Source: an uncultured Myxococcales bacterium (GTDB lineage Bacteria > Myxococcota_A > UBA9042). Taken from it: a stretch of DNA of 64,000 bases. Location: contig CALENB010000193.1 of the NCBI GenBank assembly GCA_937910235.1, positions 2,341 through 66,340 of the forward strand. Reading direction: 5' to 3'. This document shows, piece by piece, positions 8,126 through 17,892 of this stretch (positions are counted from its first letter, which is position 1; each line of letters begins with the position of its first letter). The notes beneath the pieces were generated by a model. That model did no database searches. It worked only from the letters and a program-made list of their open reading frames with translations, and was not told the DNA's origin. The translations under genes and the position numbers were made by a program.

Positions 8126-9424
8126 CTCGACATCAAATACGTGATCAACCATGCAGACGCCGTGGCTCTGAACTGCGAGCAGCGGCTCATGCCGGCCGAC
8201 ATCGAGACGTTGGTGGCGGCCTACCGCGAACGCAACACCGCGATCACCGAGATGGAGATTGTACGCCAAGAGATGAACACCAACGCGCGTTCGATGAAGC
8301 AGCAGCTGTCGGCGGCGGAGCGCGACGAGAAGATCGTCCATGGCCGCACCCTCAAAGCCCGCGTCGCCGATCTCGATACACGCGCGGAGGTGTTGCGACG
8401 CGACGTCGACGAGCGGCTACGTACGCTGCCCAATCTCACCCATCCCGACGTGCCGATCGGTCGCACGGACGAGGACAACCGAGAGCTCCGCAAGTGGGGA
8501 GTGCCGCCCGCTTTCGACTTTGAGGCCCTGGATCACGTCGAGCTGGGTCAACGCCTCGATCTGCTCGACTTTGAGGGTGGCGCGGCCGTCGCCGGACAGA
8601 AGTTCTACTTCTTGCGCAACGAGATGGTGTTGCTCGACCTGGCGCTGCAGCGCTACGCCATCGATATTCTTGTCGCGCGCGGTTACACGCCCCTGATGAC
8701 ACCAGATTTGGCGCGCCCGGAGATCCTGGAGGGCATCGGCTTCAATCCGCGTGGTGAAGAGACCCAGGTGTACAACATCGAAGGTCATGATCTGTGCCTC
8801 ATCGGCACAGCGGAGATCGCGATTGGTGGCATGTTGCGCGACCGAATGCTGCTGCAGTCGCAACTGCCGCTGAAGCTCGCCGGGATCTCGCACTGCTTCC
8901 GCACAGAGGCCGGCGCGGCGGGGCGCGAATCCCGTGGGCTTTATCGTGTGCACCAGTTCACGAAGGTCGAGATGTTCATCTTCTGTGGTGACGCGGTGGC
9001 GGCAGACGGGCGACCTGAGAGCGAGCACTACCACGACGAGCTGGTCGCGATCGAAGAGCAGATGCTGCAGGGCCTGGAGATTCCCTATCGCGTGGTCGAC
9101 GTTTGCACAGGCGACCTGGGAGCTCCGGCGTTCCGTAAATTCGACATCGAGGCGTGGATGCCGGGCCGCGGAATGTACGGCGAAGTGACCTCGACCTCGA
9201 ATTGTCTCGACTTTCAGTCCCGGCGACTCGGCATCCGAGCCAAGCCGGACACCGGAGCCAAGGCGAAACCTCGGTTTGTGCACACCCTGAACGGCACCGC
9301 CGTCGCCCTGTCTCGGACCCTGATCGCGATCCTGGAGAACCACCAACGCGCCGATGGCTCCGTCCGCATGCCAGCGGCGCTGCGGCCGTACCTGCCATTC
9401 ACTGAGATCTTGTCCAAAGGATGA
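8123..9424 (+). CDS. serS: Seryl-tRNA synthetase
   Basis: N-terminal coiled-coil arm (MLDIKYVINH...) plus a class II core (FRTEAGAAGRESRGLYRVHQFTKVEMF, GRGMYGEVTSTSNCLDFQSRRLGIR, HTLNGTAVALSRTLIAILEN). A strong RBS (AGGAAAG) sits 6-12 bp upstream of the ATG at 8123. The longer ORF from 8102 is less likely. Confidence 0.92.
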   Translation: MLDIKYVINHADAVALNCEQRLMPADIETLVAAYRERNTAITEMEIVRQEMNTNARSMKQQLSAAERDEKIVHGRTLKARVADLDTRAEVLRRDVDERLRTLPNLTHPDVPIGRTDEDNRELRKWGVPPAFDFEALDHVELGQRLDLLDFEGGAAVAGQKFYFLRNEMVLLDLALQRYAIDILVARGYTPLMTPDLARPEILEGIGFNPRGEETQVYNIEGHDLCLIGTAEIAIGGMLRDRMLLQSQLPLKLAGISHCFRTEAGAAGRESRGLYRVHQFTKVEMFIFCGDAVAADGRPESEHYHDELVAIEEQMLQGLEIPYRVVDVCTGDLGAPAFRKFDIEAWMPGRGMYGEVTSTSNCLDFQSRRLGIRAKPDTGAKAKPRFVHTLNGTAVALSRTLIAILENHQRADGSVRMPAALRPYLPFTEILSKG

Positions 9425-9560
9425 GCGCGACCGCTCCGACGCGCGCGCTCGTAGCCCGGGGTTCGGCACGTGTGACTTGCGGCGCGTGATTTGGGCGCGA
9501 GCGCTTGCGGACTGAGGCGAATGGCTTGGCCCACGTGACGGGCAGAGGCGGTCGCGACCG

Positions 9561-10382
9561 CTACACCGCGACGCCGAAATCTCGGAGGGCGTCGTTCAGT
9601 GACGTCTTTTCGTCCGTTGACGCTTTGCGCTGACCGATGATGAGCGCACACGGGATCCCGAACTCTCCGGCTGGAAAGCGCTTCATCCGTGTCCCCGGGA
9701 TCACAACAGATCGCGCAGGGACGAATCCAACGTGCTCGATCGGCTCTGGGCCGCTCACGTCCAAGATCTTCGTGGATTTCGTCAACACCACGCCAGCGCC
9801 CAGGACTGCCTGTTCGCCGATGTGCATGCCTTCGACGACGATGCAGCGAGACCCCACAAACGCGCCATCCTCGATGATCACGGGGGTGGCCGCCGGTGGC
9901 TCCAACACGCCGCCGATACCGACGCCGCCGGAGAGGTGAACCCGCCGCCCAATCTGCGCGCACGAGCCAACGGTCGCCCACGTGTCGACCATGGTGCCGG
10001 CGCCGACGCGGGCGCCGATGTTGACGTAGCCCGGCATCAGGATCGCGCCCGGCTCCAGGAACGAGCCGTAGCGCGCCACACCGGGCGGCACGACCCGCAC
10101 GCCCTGCCCAGCCAAATTGCGCTTGAGCGGGATCTTGTCGTGGAACTCGAACGGCCCGACTTCGAGCACCTTCATCTGAGCGACAGCGAAATACATGAGG
10201 ATCGCCTGCTTGACCCAGGCATGCACGATCCAGCTTTCGCCCTGCTTTTCCGCGACGCGGAGGTCACCGCGATCGAGCCGCTCGATGGTGTCGAGCACGG
10301 CGTCGATGTACGTCCGGTCGGCGCCCGACAGCAAGGTGCGGTCGGCGTAAGCGGCTTCAATAGCTAGCTTTGCGTCGCTCAT
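9561..10382 (-). CDS. dapD: 2,3,4,5-tetrahydropyridine-2,6-dicarboxylate N-succinyltransferase
   Basis: Full-length match to the DapD pattern, including hexapeptide-repeat left-handed beta-helix motifs (VRVVPPGVARYGSFLEPGAILMPGYVNIGARVGAGTMVDTWATVGSCAQIG). Confidence 0.88.
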   Translation of the reverse strand: MSDAKLAIEAAYADRTLLSGADRTYIDAVLDTIERLDRGDLRVAEKQGESWIVHAWVKQAILMYFAVAQMKVLEVGPFEFHDKIPLKRNLAGQGVRVVPPGVARYGSFLEPGAILMPGYVNIGARVGAGTMVDTWATVGSCAQIGRRVHLSGGVGIGGVLEPPAATPVIIEDGAFVGSRCIVVEGMHIGEQAVLGAGVVLTKSTKILDVSGPEPIEHVGFVPARSVVIPGTRMKRFPAGEFGIPCALIIGQRKASTDEKTSLNDALRDFGVAV

Positions 10383-10457
10383 AGAAGATCTCCGTCGCTG
10401 AGAGAGCTGTTCGGTGGCGAGGACCGCCTCGCCACAGCTGCTACAGTGCTGCGGAAC

Positions 10458-10973
10458 CTACTTCGCCGCCGCCGGAGCGGCCGGCGCCGCAGCTGCTGGC
10501 GCTTCTGCTGCTGGTGCCGCTGCTGGCGCCGCTGCTGGCGCCGCTTCTGCTGCTGGTGCCGCTGGTGCTGCTGGTGCCGCTGGTGCTGCTGCTGGCGCCA
10601 CTGCTGGAGCTGGCGCGGCCTTGTCGGCAGGCTTGGCGTCAACCTTCTTAGGCACGGCACCATCGCCAGCGCCTTCGGTACCGGCGGATGCCGCGGGCGC
10701 CTTGACGGCCGACCCGTCGACCACCGAATGGTCAGCGCTCGCGCGGGCCAACACGATCGACAGGACCATGAACAGCACCGCAGCGCCGGTCGTCATGCGG
10801 GTCAGCACGCTGGACGCACCGCGGCCGCCGAACACCGAGCCGGTGGAGGTGCCGCCGCCACCAAGCGCGGCGCCCATGCCGTCAGCTCGGCCGGGCTGCA
10901 GCAGCACGACGATGGTGAGAAAGAGACAAACGATCACGTAGAGCGCAACGGCGAGGTAGTACAGCACTTTCAA
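10458..10973 (-). CDS. secG: Preprotein translocase subunit SecG with a long Ala/Pro-rich C-terminal tail
   Basis: SecG core (MKVLYYLAVALYVIVCLFLTIVVLLQPGR..GMGAALGGGG..FGGRGASSVLTRMTTGAAVLFMVLSIVLA). Located in the canonical position after tpiA. About 90 aa of (A/P/K)-rich low complexity follows. Confidence 0.85.
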   Translation of the reverse strand: MKVLYYLAVALYVIVCLFLTIVVLLQPGRADGMGAALGGGGTSTGSVFGGRGASSVLTRMTTGAAVLFMVLSIVLARASADHSVVDGSAVKAPAASAGTEGAGDGAVPKKVDAKPADKAAPAPAVAPAAAPAAPAAPAAPAAEAAPAAAPAAAPAAEAPAAAAPAAPAAAK

Positions 10974-11012
10974 TTCTCCTGCCTCGGCGGTGTTGCCGAG
11001 GGAAGCGGGCCC

Positions 11013-11774
11013 CTAGCGGGCGGCCCGCACGATCTCTGCGAACGATTCGGCGTTCAGGCTGGCGCCCCCGACGAGGGCACCGTCAATATCCGGCTGAAGA
11101 AGCAGCCCAGCGGCGTTGCTGGGCTTGACGCTCCCGCCATATTGAATACGCAGCTGCTCCGCGTACTCAGATCCGAGCAAACCACTGACGTGGCCGCGCA
11201 CCCAGGCGTGGACTTCCTGCGCTTGTTCGGGCGTCGCTGTGAGCCCCGTCCCGATGGCCCAGACGGGCTCGTAGGCGAGGATCATCCGCGCGACAGCGCC
11301 CGTCGTGTGCGCCCGAAGCGCGGAGTTGAGCTGACGCTCCAACACCGAGAAGGTCTGGCCGGCCTCGCGCTCGGCGAGGCTCTCTCCAATGCAGAGCACG
11401 GGGATGAGATCGGCCTCAAGCGCGACGCTCAATTTCCTTGAGACGAGCCCATCATCGTCGCCAAAGACGCTGCGGCGCTCCGAGTGGCCAATCAGCACGT
11501 GTGTGCAGCCAACCGAACGAATCATCTCCGCCGAAACACCACTGGTGAACGCGCCTTGGGCCTCGACGTGCAGGTCCTGGGCGCCGACGGCGATGGCGCT
11601 TTCGCGCAGACGCTGGCTGGCCGGGCGCAGGTACGGGAACGAGGGAAACACGATCGACTCAACGCCGCGGACGGAGCCGAGTCGGTTGCGCAAGTCGGAT
11701 GCCAACGTCATGGCCGCCTCGAAGTCGAGGTGCATCTTCCAGTTGCCGCCGATCGTAGGTGTGCGTCCCATCAT
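11013..11774 (-). CDS. tpiA: Triosephosphate isomerase
   Basis: Carries IGGNWKMH, the active-site GHSERR motif and AYEPVWAIGTG. Its start overlaps the pgk stop (TAATG). Confidence 0.92.
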   Translation of the reverse strand: MMGRTPTIGGNWKMHLDFEAAMTLASDLRNRLGSVRGVESIVFPSFPYLRPASQRLRESAIAVGAQDLHVEAQGAFTSGVSAEMIRSVGCTHVLIGHSERRSVFGDDDGLVSRKLSVALEADLIPVLCIGESLAEREAGQTFSVLERQLNSALRAHTTGAVARMILAYEPVWAIGTGLTATPEQAQEVHAWVRGHVSGLLGSEYAEQLRIQYGGSVKPSNAAGLLLQPDIDGALVGGASLNAESFAEIVRAAR

Positions 11775-13015
11775 TACCGCCTTCCGCCGCGAAGCGCTGC
11801 CAGCCCGGGGAGCTGGGCGCCGCTTAGGAACTCTAAGCTCGCCCCACCGCCGGTCGAGATGTGGCTGATCATCTCGCTGACGCCGGCCTTCTTCGCCGCG
11901 GCTGCGGAGTCGCCGCCACCGATGACGCTTGTGGCCGACGAACGCGCGAGGGCGCGGGCCACAGACAACGTGCCGTTCGCGAAGGCGTCGATCTCAAAGA
12001 TGCCCATCGGGCCATTCCAAAACACCGTGCGCGGCACGCCGGGGCCACCTTCCACCGACCCGTCGATCACCGACGTGAACAGCGCGATTGTCTCCGGTCC
12101 GATGTCCACGGCCTTCTGCGCGGCGCTCAACGAGCCGACCCGCTCAACCTGGGTCGCGGCGGAAGCGTCGACGTGCTCGACGCACAGCATGTCCACCGGG
12201 AGCCAGACTGCGACGCCTTTGTCTGCAAACCGCTTCAGCAGGTGGCGGGCTAGCGGGATGCGATCGGACTCCATCAGCGAGCCGCCCATCTCATGGCCTT
12301 GAGCCGCAAGAAAGGTGTTGGCCATCGCGCCACCGATGATCACGCCGTCCACGACTTCTAGCAGCGCCTCCAGAATCTCGATCTTGCCAGAGATCTTGGC
12401 GCCACCCACGATCGCGATGTAGGGCGCGGGCGCGCCGCCAACTAGGTCGCCGAGAAACGACAGCTCACGCTCGATCAGCAGGCCTGCCGCGCGATCAATC
12501 ATCATCTTCGGCAAGGCCGAGACCGAGGCGTGCGCGCGGTGGAGCGCGCCAAACGCGTCGTTGACGTACACATCACACAGGTCCGCCAATTTCCGCGCCA
12601 GATCGTCGCTGTTTTGCTCTTCGCCGGGCTGAAATCGCAGGTTCTCCAGCAAGACGATCTGGTTGCTGCGCTGGTTCGCGATCAGATGCTCAGCCGCGTC
12701 GCCGATGCAATCGTCGGGCAACAGGACCTCCTGGCCCGTCAGCTCCGCGAGCGCTTCAGCGACAGGCTCCAGCGAGAACTTCGGGTCCTTTTTTCCCTTC
12801 GGACGGCCGAGATGCGAGCAGCAGATGACTCGGCCACCCGCTTGCTGAATGTGGGCGATCGTCGGCAGCACGGCCGCGATACGGCTGTTGTCCGACACCG
12901 CGCCGTCTTCGTCGAGTGGGGTGTTGAAATCGCACCGCAGCAGCACGCGCCGATTGCTGAGCTCAAGCTCGCGAATCGACCGGATATTCAGCGTTTCGAG
13001 GGTCACAGCCGGCAT
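11774..13015 (-). CDS. pgk: Phosphoglycerate kinase
   Basis: Carries RVLLRCDFNTPLDEDGAVSD, CSHLGRPKG and further PGK-wide conservation. Confidence 0.93.
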   Translation of the reverse strand: MPAVTLETLNIRSIRELELSNRRVLLRCDFNTPLDEDGAVSDNSRIAAVLPTIAHIQQAGGRVICCSHLGRPKGKKDPKFSLEPVAEALAELTGQEVLLPDDCIGDAAEHLIANQRSNQIVLLENLRFQPGEEQNSDDLARKLADLCDVYVNDAFGALHRAHASVSALPKMMIDRAAGLLIERELSFLGDLVGGAPAPYIAIVGGAKISGKIEILEALLEVVDGVIIGGAMANTFLAAQGHEMGGSLMESDRIPLARHLLKRFADKGVAVWLPVDMLCVEHVDASAATQVERVGSLSAAQKAVDIGPETIALFTSVIDGSVEGGPGVPRTVFWNGPMGIFEIDAFANGTLSVARALARSSATSVIGGGDSAAAAKKAGVSEMISHISTGGGASLEFLSGAQLPGLAALRGGRR

Positions 13016-13018
13016 GGG

Positions 13019-14056
13019 CTAGACCTCCGACTGGCTGCGCGCGAGCGCACACACGAGCTGGTACAGGCGCGAGGCGTAGCCCCATTCGTTGTCGTACCAA
13101 CTCACCACGCGGATCAGGCGATCGCCGGCGACCGCGGTGAGCGCGGCGTCCACGACCGATCCTGTCGATTCACCGATGAGATCCGAGGACACGATCGGGT
13201 CGTCCTCGACGCGCAGCACGCCCGCAGGGAGGGACGCTGCCGCGGCGCGAAATGCGTCGTTGATCTCAGCGACCGTCGCCGAGGTTTTGGTGCGAACGAC
13301 TAGGTCGATCAGCGAGACGTCTTGCACAGGCACGCGGATCGCCGAGCCATGCAGCTTGCCGGCGAGCGCTGGCAGAACGAGGCCAATCGCCTTTGCTGCG
13401 CCCGTGCTGGTCGGAACGATGTTGCTCGCCGCCGTTCGGCCGCGGCGCGGGTCGCTCGAGTGCGGACCGTCGACGATCGCTTGATCGGCTGTCCAGGCGT
13501 GGATCGTCGTCATGTTGCCGGACTCGATGCCGAAGCGCTCGTCGAGCACCTTCACGACCGGCGCGAGGCATGTGGTGGTGCACGAGGCCGCTGAGATCAC
13601 GGCGTCATCGGCCGACAGCACGCTGTCGTTGATGCCATACACGACGGTTGCGTCGGGCGGATCGCCGCCGTCGCCGGGCGCCGAGATGACGACTTTCGAG
13701 GCGCCTGCGTTCAAGTGCAGCGCGGCCTGGGCTCGTTTGCGGAAGTGGCCGGTGCACTCGATCACCAGATCGACACCAAGCTCGTCCCACGGCAGCTTGG
13801 CCGGGTCGCGCTCGGCGTACGAGAGCACACGCAGATCGCCAACCTGAAACGCGTTCTCCTCAACCGTCACCTTTGTGGCGAGCCGGCCGTGGGTCGAGTC
13901 GTAGCGCAGCAGATACGCGAGATCTTCGTTGTCGGTCAGGTCGTTGACGGCTACCCACTCAAACGGACAGTTGGGATCCTGCGTGATGATGCGGGCAAGC
14001 GCGCGACCGATTCGACCAAAGCCATTGATAGCAACACGGGGGAGGCGAGCGCTCAT
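13019..14056 (-). CDS. gap: Glyceraldehyde-3-phosphate dehydrogenase, type I
   Basis: NAD-binding motif VAINGFGRIGR, catalytic ASCTTNCLAP and WYDNEWGYS. The internal Met at 14056 (MSARLPRVAING) is the likely start. The longer ORF to 14089 adds a non-conserved leader. Confidence 0.92.
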   Translation of the reverse strand: MSARLPRVAINGFGRIGRALARIITQDPNCPFEWVAVNDLTDNEDLAYLLRYDSTHGRLATKVTVEENAFQVGDLRVLSYAERDPAKLPWDELGVDLVIECTGHFRKRAQAALHLNAGASKVVISAPGDGGDPPDATVVYGINDSVLSADDAVISAASCTTTCLAPVVKVLDERFGIESGNMTTIHAWTADQAIVDGPHSSDPRRGRTAASNIVPTSTGAAKAIGLVLPALAGKLHGSAIRVPVQDVSLIDLVVRTKTSATVAEINDAFRAAAASLPAGVLRVEDDPIVSSDLIGESTGSVVDAALTAVAGDRLIRVVSWYDNEWGYASRLYQLVCALARSQSEV

Positions 14057-14245
14057 TGTCGGGTCCTTCGTCAGAGAGGCGGAAGCCATGGCAATTTGAC
14101 GCCACGAGGGACGTGCGGGCGCGAGAATCTATGCGCGCAAGGTAGTGAAGTCAACGCGCACGGCCGGTTGACCGAGCCCAGACTCACAGATTTGAGCCTG
14201 ATGACCCGCGCTGATGGGCCGCAAACGTCGCGTCTGCGGCCCGTG

Positions 14246-15194
14246 TCACTGGTGGCTAGGTGGATGGCACAGCGCCTCGATGAGCGCGGCGAGCTGTGCG
14301 CTGGTGTGCGCGAGTTGGCGCAGCGTGACTGCCCCCACGACCATGATGAGGGTCAACGCAAGCCCCGTGGCGCTGCCCGCCAGCGCGCTCGCGGAGGCCA
14401 CAACGGTCGCGCCGGAGCCGACAAGGACGCTGACCATCGAGGCGATCAACACCGCGAGGCTGAGCGTGCCAAGAATGCCAGCGGCGATCTCAAGAACACG
14501 GGCGTAGCTGTACAGGACGTGCAGGCGCCGGCGCTGGTCGGCGACGAGCAAGCCGACGTGCTCCTGACTCAGCGGCAGCATGGCCGGCGGCGGTGGGCGC
14601 GGCGGCGGATTGTACGTCTGCCGTTGGGGGGGATTGCGGCCGGCGGCAGCGCGGGTTGGCGCCGGCCGCACAGGGCTGCTCGGCGCTGGCTGTCGCGTCG
14701 GGCGTCGTGGTCGGCCCTGGTCGTCGGCGACCAGCGGCCGCGGCGACGCTTGGCTCTGTCCCATCGGCTGTTGGAAAGACGAGATGACGTCGCTCGACTC
14801 ACGCGAGTTGTCGCCGAAGCCTCGACCCGTGTTGTCCTTCGGCCGCACCGGGTTGACGACGCCCGGCCGGATCGTCAGCGGGCCCCGAACCTGCACCGCC
14901 GACTCAGGGTTCGGCAGCAGCGCGGGGCGGCGGGCAGCTGGGGCCGGCCGACGAATGCGCTGGTCTTCGGTGTGACGTCGTTGGCGTCCAGCTGGGCCCA
15001 TATCCGTGTTGGAGTCGCCGACCGCTTGCATCGAAAAGCGCTCGTTGGTGTGGGTGGAATCCTCGTCTGCCCGAGGCGGCGGCGCCGGAATCGCTGGCCG
15101 GTTCGGAAACGGCGGTGGCGCCGACATCGCGGAAACAAACTGCGTGGCGTCTTCGCCCGATGGCGGAAAGGGGGGCGGAATGTCCTGCGTCATC
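14246..15194 (-). CDS. Proline-rich hypothetical protein with two C-terminal TM helices
   Basis: A long Pro-rich low-complexity N-terminal region (PPPFPPSG...PPPRPPPP) is followed by hydrophobic helices (IAAGILGTLSLAVLIASMVSVLVG, LALTLIMVVGAVTL). Start assumed at MTQDIPPP (15194). Coding status is supported only by ORF length and strand context. Confidence 0.4.
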
Positions 15195-16686
15195 GTTTCG
15201 CTTCCCCCACCTGGCACTGGCGTTGGACAGTCGTCATCGCGGCGGCGAGCGCTCCTTTGGCTGGGCCGGGCAAGGCACTCTTCCCGATCACGAAACCGGT
15301 CGCTTCGGCCCGCTCACGTGCGGCGCAGGGCGACCCGTGGCGCTGGACATCGACGTGGTGGGCGAGCAGCAAGATCGGGCCCAAACTGGCGTTGGCCGGG
15401 ACACGCTGGCGTGCATGCGCGAACAGCTGCCGCGGAGACGCCTGAAGAATGGACGGATCGCCCGGAATTTCAGGCTCCAAGCCGCGCCCCTGCAACGCCC
15501 GCGCGTAGGCGATCGCCATCGCTTGCGGGCCCGACAGACTGGACACTTTCATGCCCGCGACCTGTGTCGGGGTGGCGCCGAGTTGGCCCCGAAGGCGCAG
15601 CACCGCCTGTACCGCCACCTCGAACGTGTCATCCGGTGCGAGGCGCCGCATGAGCACCGACGCGTTCAGCGCGGCGAGGGTGGTGTCTCCGCTGGCGTCC
15701 TTCTGCATCAACTGCCACAGCATCACGTCGTCGAGGCGTGTCTGGCGAACGAGCCGCGCGACCAGTGGGACCGCGAGGTAGCCCTTGAAGACGGGGGCCA
15801 TCACGGCGAAGGCGATGCCCTGGCCGCCGTTGTCGACACGGCTGCGCGCCGGTCGCGAAGGTCGTCCAACGTTGTCGACTACGTGGCGCGGCTCAGCGGG
15901 CGGGGGTGGCAGCTGAATGGCGGTCTGAAAACCGCGGCGCACGGCCTTGGCGCACGTGCGCCCCAGCTTCGCGGTCGACGCGACGGCGGCCTCTGCGATG
16001 CTCAACCGCACGCTGGCCGTGCCGCCGTCACGCGCGGCCTTCTGCACGCCTTGATACGCTTCACAGGCCCGTTTTCCGCTGCGTGGCGCGACCGTGACTC
16101 GCGCCAGGGCGAGGGCGAGCTGGGCAGCTTGGTGATGGGGCAGCGCGGCTGCGGCCTGCTCTAAGAGCTGCAAGGCGCCAGCCTCTCGGATCGTGGCGCC
16201 ACGCCGGGCCAAGGCGGTGCGGTCGCCACCTGCCTCTCGGGCCAACGCCCACCCGAGCAGCAACGCTTCGCGCGGGTGCAGCGTCGTCGCTGGGATGGTC
16301 TTGTTCAACATCGCGCCACTGGGCCCAATGCTGTGTCGCGTACGGAGCGCCCGGACCAGACCCTTGGCGACCTTGAACTTCCGCGCCTTGGCGACGGTCA
16401 TGGCGCTCACGACCCCCAGCGCCCGATCCAGCGGCAGCCCTGGCGATAGTGTTCGCGCTTGCGTCGCCAGCGTCAGGTAGCCCGTGCGCCGAGCCTCCGT
16501 GACGGCGGGATGCGAGCTGTAGCCCTGAGCCCAGATGTCACCGCCAACGAGCGGCGCCGTCGCTGCGCGGGCCGTCGCCGTCAAGCCGAGCGTGATTCCA
16601 GCCACTAGACACAAGCCAGCCACGAGCCAACTCAACCGTGTCGCGTTTGCACGGGTCGCTTGAAATCCAGGAATGATGATCTGCAT
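15190..16686 (-). CDS. Hypothetical secreted/periplasmic Ala-rich protein (about 498 aa)
   Basis: Sec-type signal peptide at the internal Met (MQIIIPGFQATRANATRLSWLVAGLCLVAGITLGLTATARA-AT). The upstream 118 codons of the maximal ORF are Arg-rich and atypical. No recognisable catalytic motif. Confidence 0.45.
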   Translation of the reverse strand: MQIIIPGFQATRANATRLSWLVAGLCLVAGITLGLTATARAATAPLVGGDIWAQGYSSHPAVTEARRTGYLTLATQARTLSPGLPLDRALGVVSAMTVAKARKFKVAKGLVRALRTRHSIGPSGAMLNKTIPATTLHPREALLLGWALAREAGGDRTALARRGATIREAGALQLLEQAAAALPHHQAAQLALALARVTVAPRSGKRACEAYQGVQKAARDGGTASVRLSIAEAAVASTAKLGRTCAKAVRRGFQTAIQLPPPPAEPRHVVDNVGRPSRPARSRVDNGGQGIAFAVMAPVFKGYLAVPLVARLVRQTRLDDVMLWQLMQKDASGDTTLAALNASVLMRRLAPDDTFEVAVQAVLRLRGQLGATPTQVAGMKVSSLSGPQAMAIAYARALQGRGLEPEIPGDPSILQASPRQLFAHARQRVPANASLGPILLLAHHVDVQRHGSPCAARERAEATGFVIGKSALPGPAKGALAAAMTTVQRQCQVGEAKR

Positions 16687-16887
16687 GATGCCCTCCAACG
16701 GACAGGGTATCCCGGTCCCGGTGGCGGAGGCAACGCACCTGTGCGCCGCGGCATTCGGATCGCCCGGCCAGGACACGGTACCGCCGCCGGTCGGCCGCGA
16801 CTTCGCTGGACACCGACGTCCGGGCTGAACCACACTCCCGTCGCTTGAGCGCTCCCGGCCCCAGCGGTCTATCCGAGGTCCATCGCA

Positions 16888-17892
16888 GTGTCCCGCAGAC
16901 CCACGACCCAAACCCTGCCGTCGCTCTTCGCACGTCGCTTCGTCATCGTCTCCGGTAAGGGCGGCGTCGGTAAGTCGACCGTGAGCGCGGCGCTGGGCGT
17001 GGCAGCCTCCCGCGCTGGGCTGCGCACGTGCGTCCTGCAACTCAACACCCGTGACGCACTGGGTCGCCTCTTTGGGCGTGGCGCCATCGGCTACGAGCCC
17101 GTGCAGCTGCTCGATGACGCGCCGCTGTTCGGCTGCAACCTAGAACCGCAGCAGGCGTCCCGCGAATATGGCCTGATGAAGCTGCGATTCCGCGCCTTGC
17201 AACGCATTGTCTTCGAAAACGACGTGATGCGACGGCTGCTACGCATGATTCCGGGCATGAACGAGACCTTTTTGCTCGGAAAGGCTTGGTTCATGGAGGA
17301 GAAGGAGGTCGACGCGCAGGGGCAGCCGTTGTGGGACCTGTTGGTCGTGGACGCGCCGTCGACCGGCCACGGGATCTCGCTGTTTCGGTTGCCGGAGGTG
17401 CTGCTGCAGACGATCCCTGTCGGACCCATGGCCGACGACGCCCTCCGCATGCGCGCGATGCTCGCCGATCCCGAGCGAACCTCATTCAATATCGTGACGT
17501 TGCCGCAGGAGCTTCCCGTCAATGAGGCGGTGGAGCTGAGTCGCCAGGCGCGCGAGGTGATCGGGGTGCCAACCGGCTACCTCATCGTGAATCAGGTCCT
17601 CCCCGACCTCATGTCGGGTATTGGCACCGCGGCCCTCGGCAAGTTGGCTCGGAGCGCGACGTCGAACTTGGCCCGTGGCGCGCTGGTGAGCGCGGATCAC
17701 TTCGTATTTTGGCGTCAGCAGCAACAAGAGCAGCTGGCGCGCCTGAGAGCCGCGTCGCAGCTGCCCGTCGTGGAGCTGCCGCATTTGCTGAGCGAGATCG
17801 ATGGCGCGGCGATCTCTGACCTCTCTGCGTTGCTGTTGCAGGGCATGAGCGCTCGTCCGTTGGCGCGCGTCGACGCGCCGGGTGGCGTATGA
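16888..17892 (+). CDS. ArsA/GET3-family P-loop ATPase
   Basis: Deviant Walker A (VIVSGKGGVGKSTVSAA) and the family motif DAPSTGHG (VVDAPSTGHGISL). The stop overlaps the next gene's start (ATGA). Confidence 0.75.
   Translation: MSRRPTTQTLPSLFARRFVIVSGKGGVGKSTVSAALGVAASRAGLRTCVLQLNTRDALGRLFGRGAIGYEPVQLLDDAPLFGCNLEPQQASREYGLMKLRFRALQRIVFENDVMRRLLRMIPGMNETFLLGKAWFMEEKEVDAQGQPLWDLLVVDAPSTGHGISLFRLPEVLLQTIPVGPMADDALRMRAMLADPERTSFNIVTLPQELPVNEAVELSRQAREVIGVPTGYLIVNQVLPDLMSGIGTAALGKLARSATSNLARGALVSADHFVFWRQQQQEQLARLRAASQLPVVELPHLLSEIDGAAISDLSALLLQGMSARPLARVDAPGGV

Noticed and set aside
9425-9560. Possible tRNA or small RNA in the serS-dapD convergent gap, and other intergenic regions (1695-1854, 21604-21770, 25847-25990)
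   Set aside because: I found no cloverleaf-compatible acceptor/T-arm pairing and no GTTC or TPsiC-like signature by eye. Without a tRNA-scan computation this is a negative call from inspection only.
13715-15445. 576-aa + strand ORF
   Set aside because: It is antisense to gap and the adjacent minus-strand genes. Its composition is Arg/Gly-rich with no motifs.
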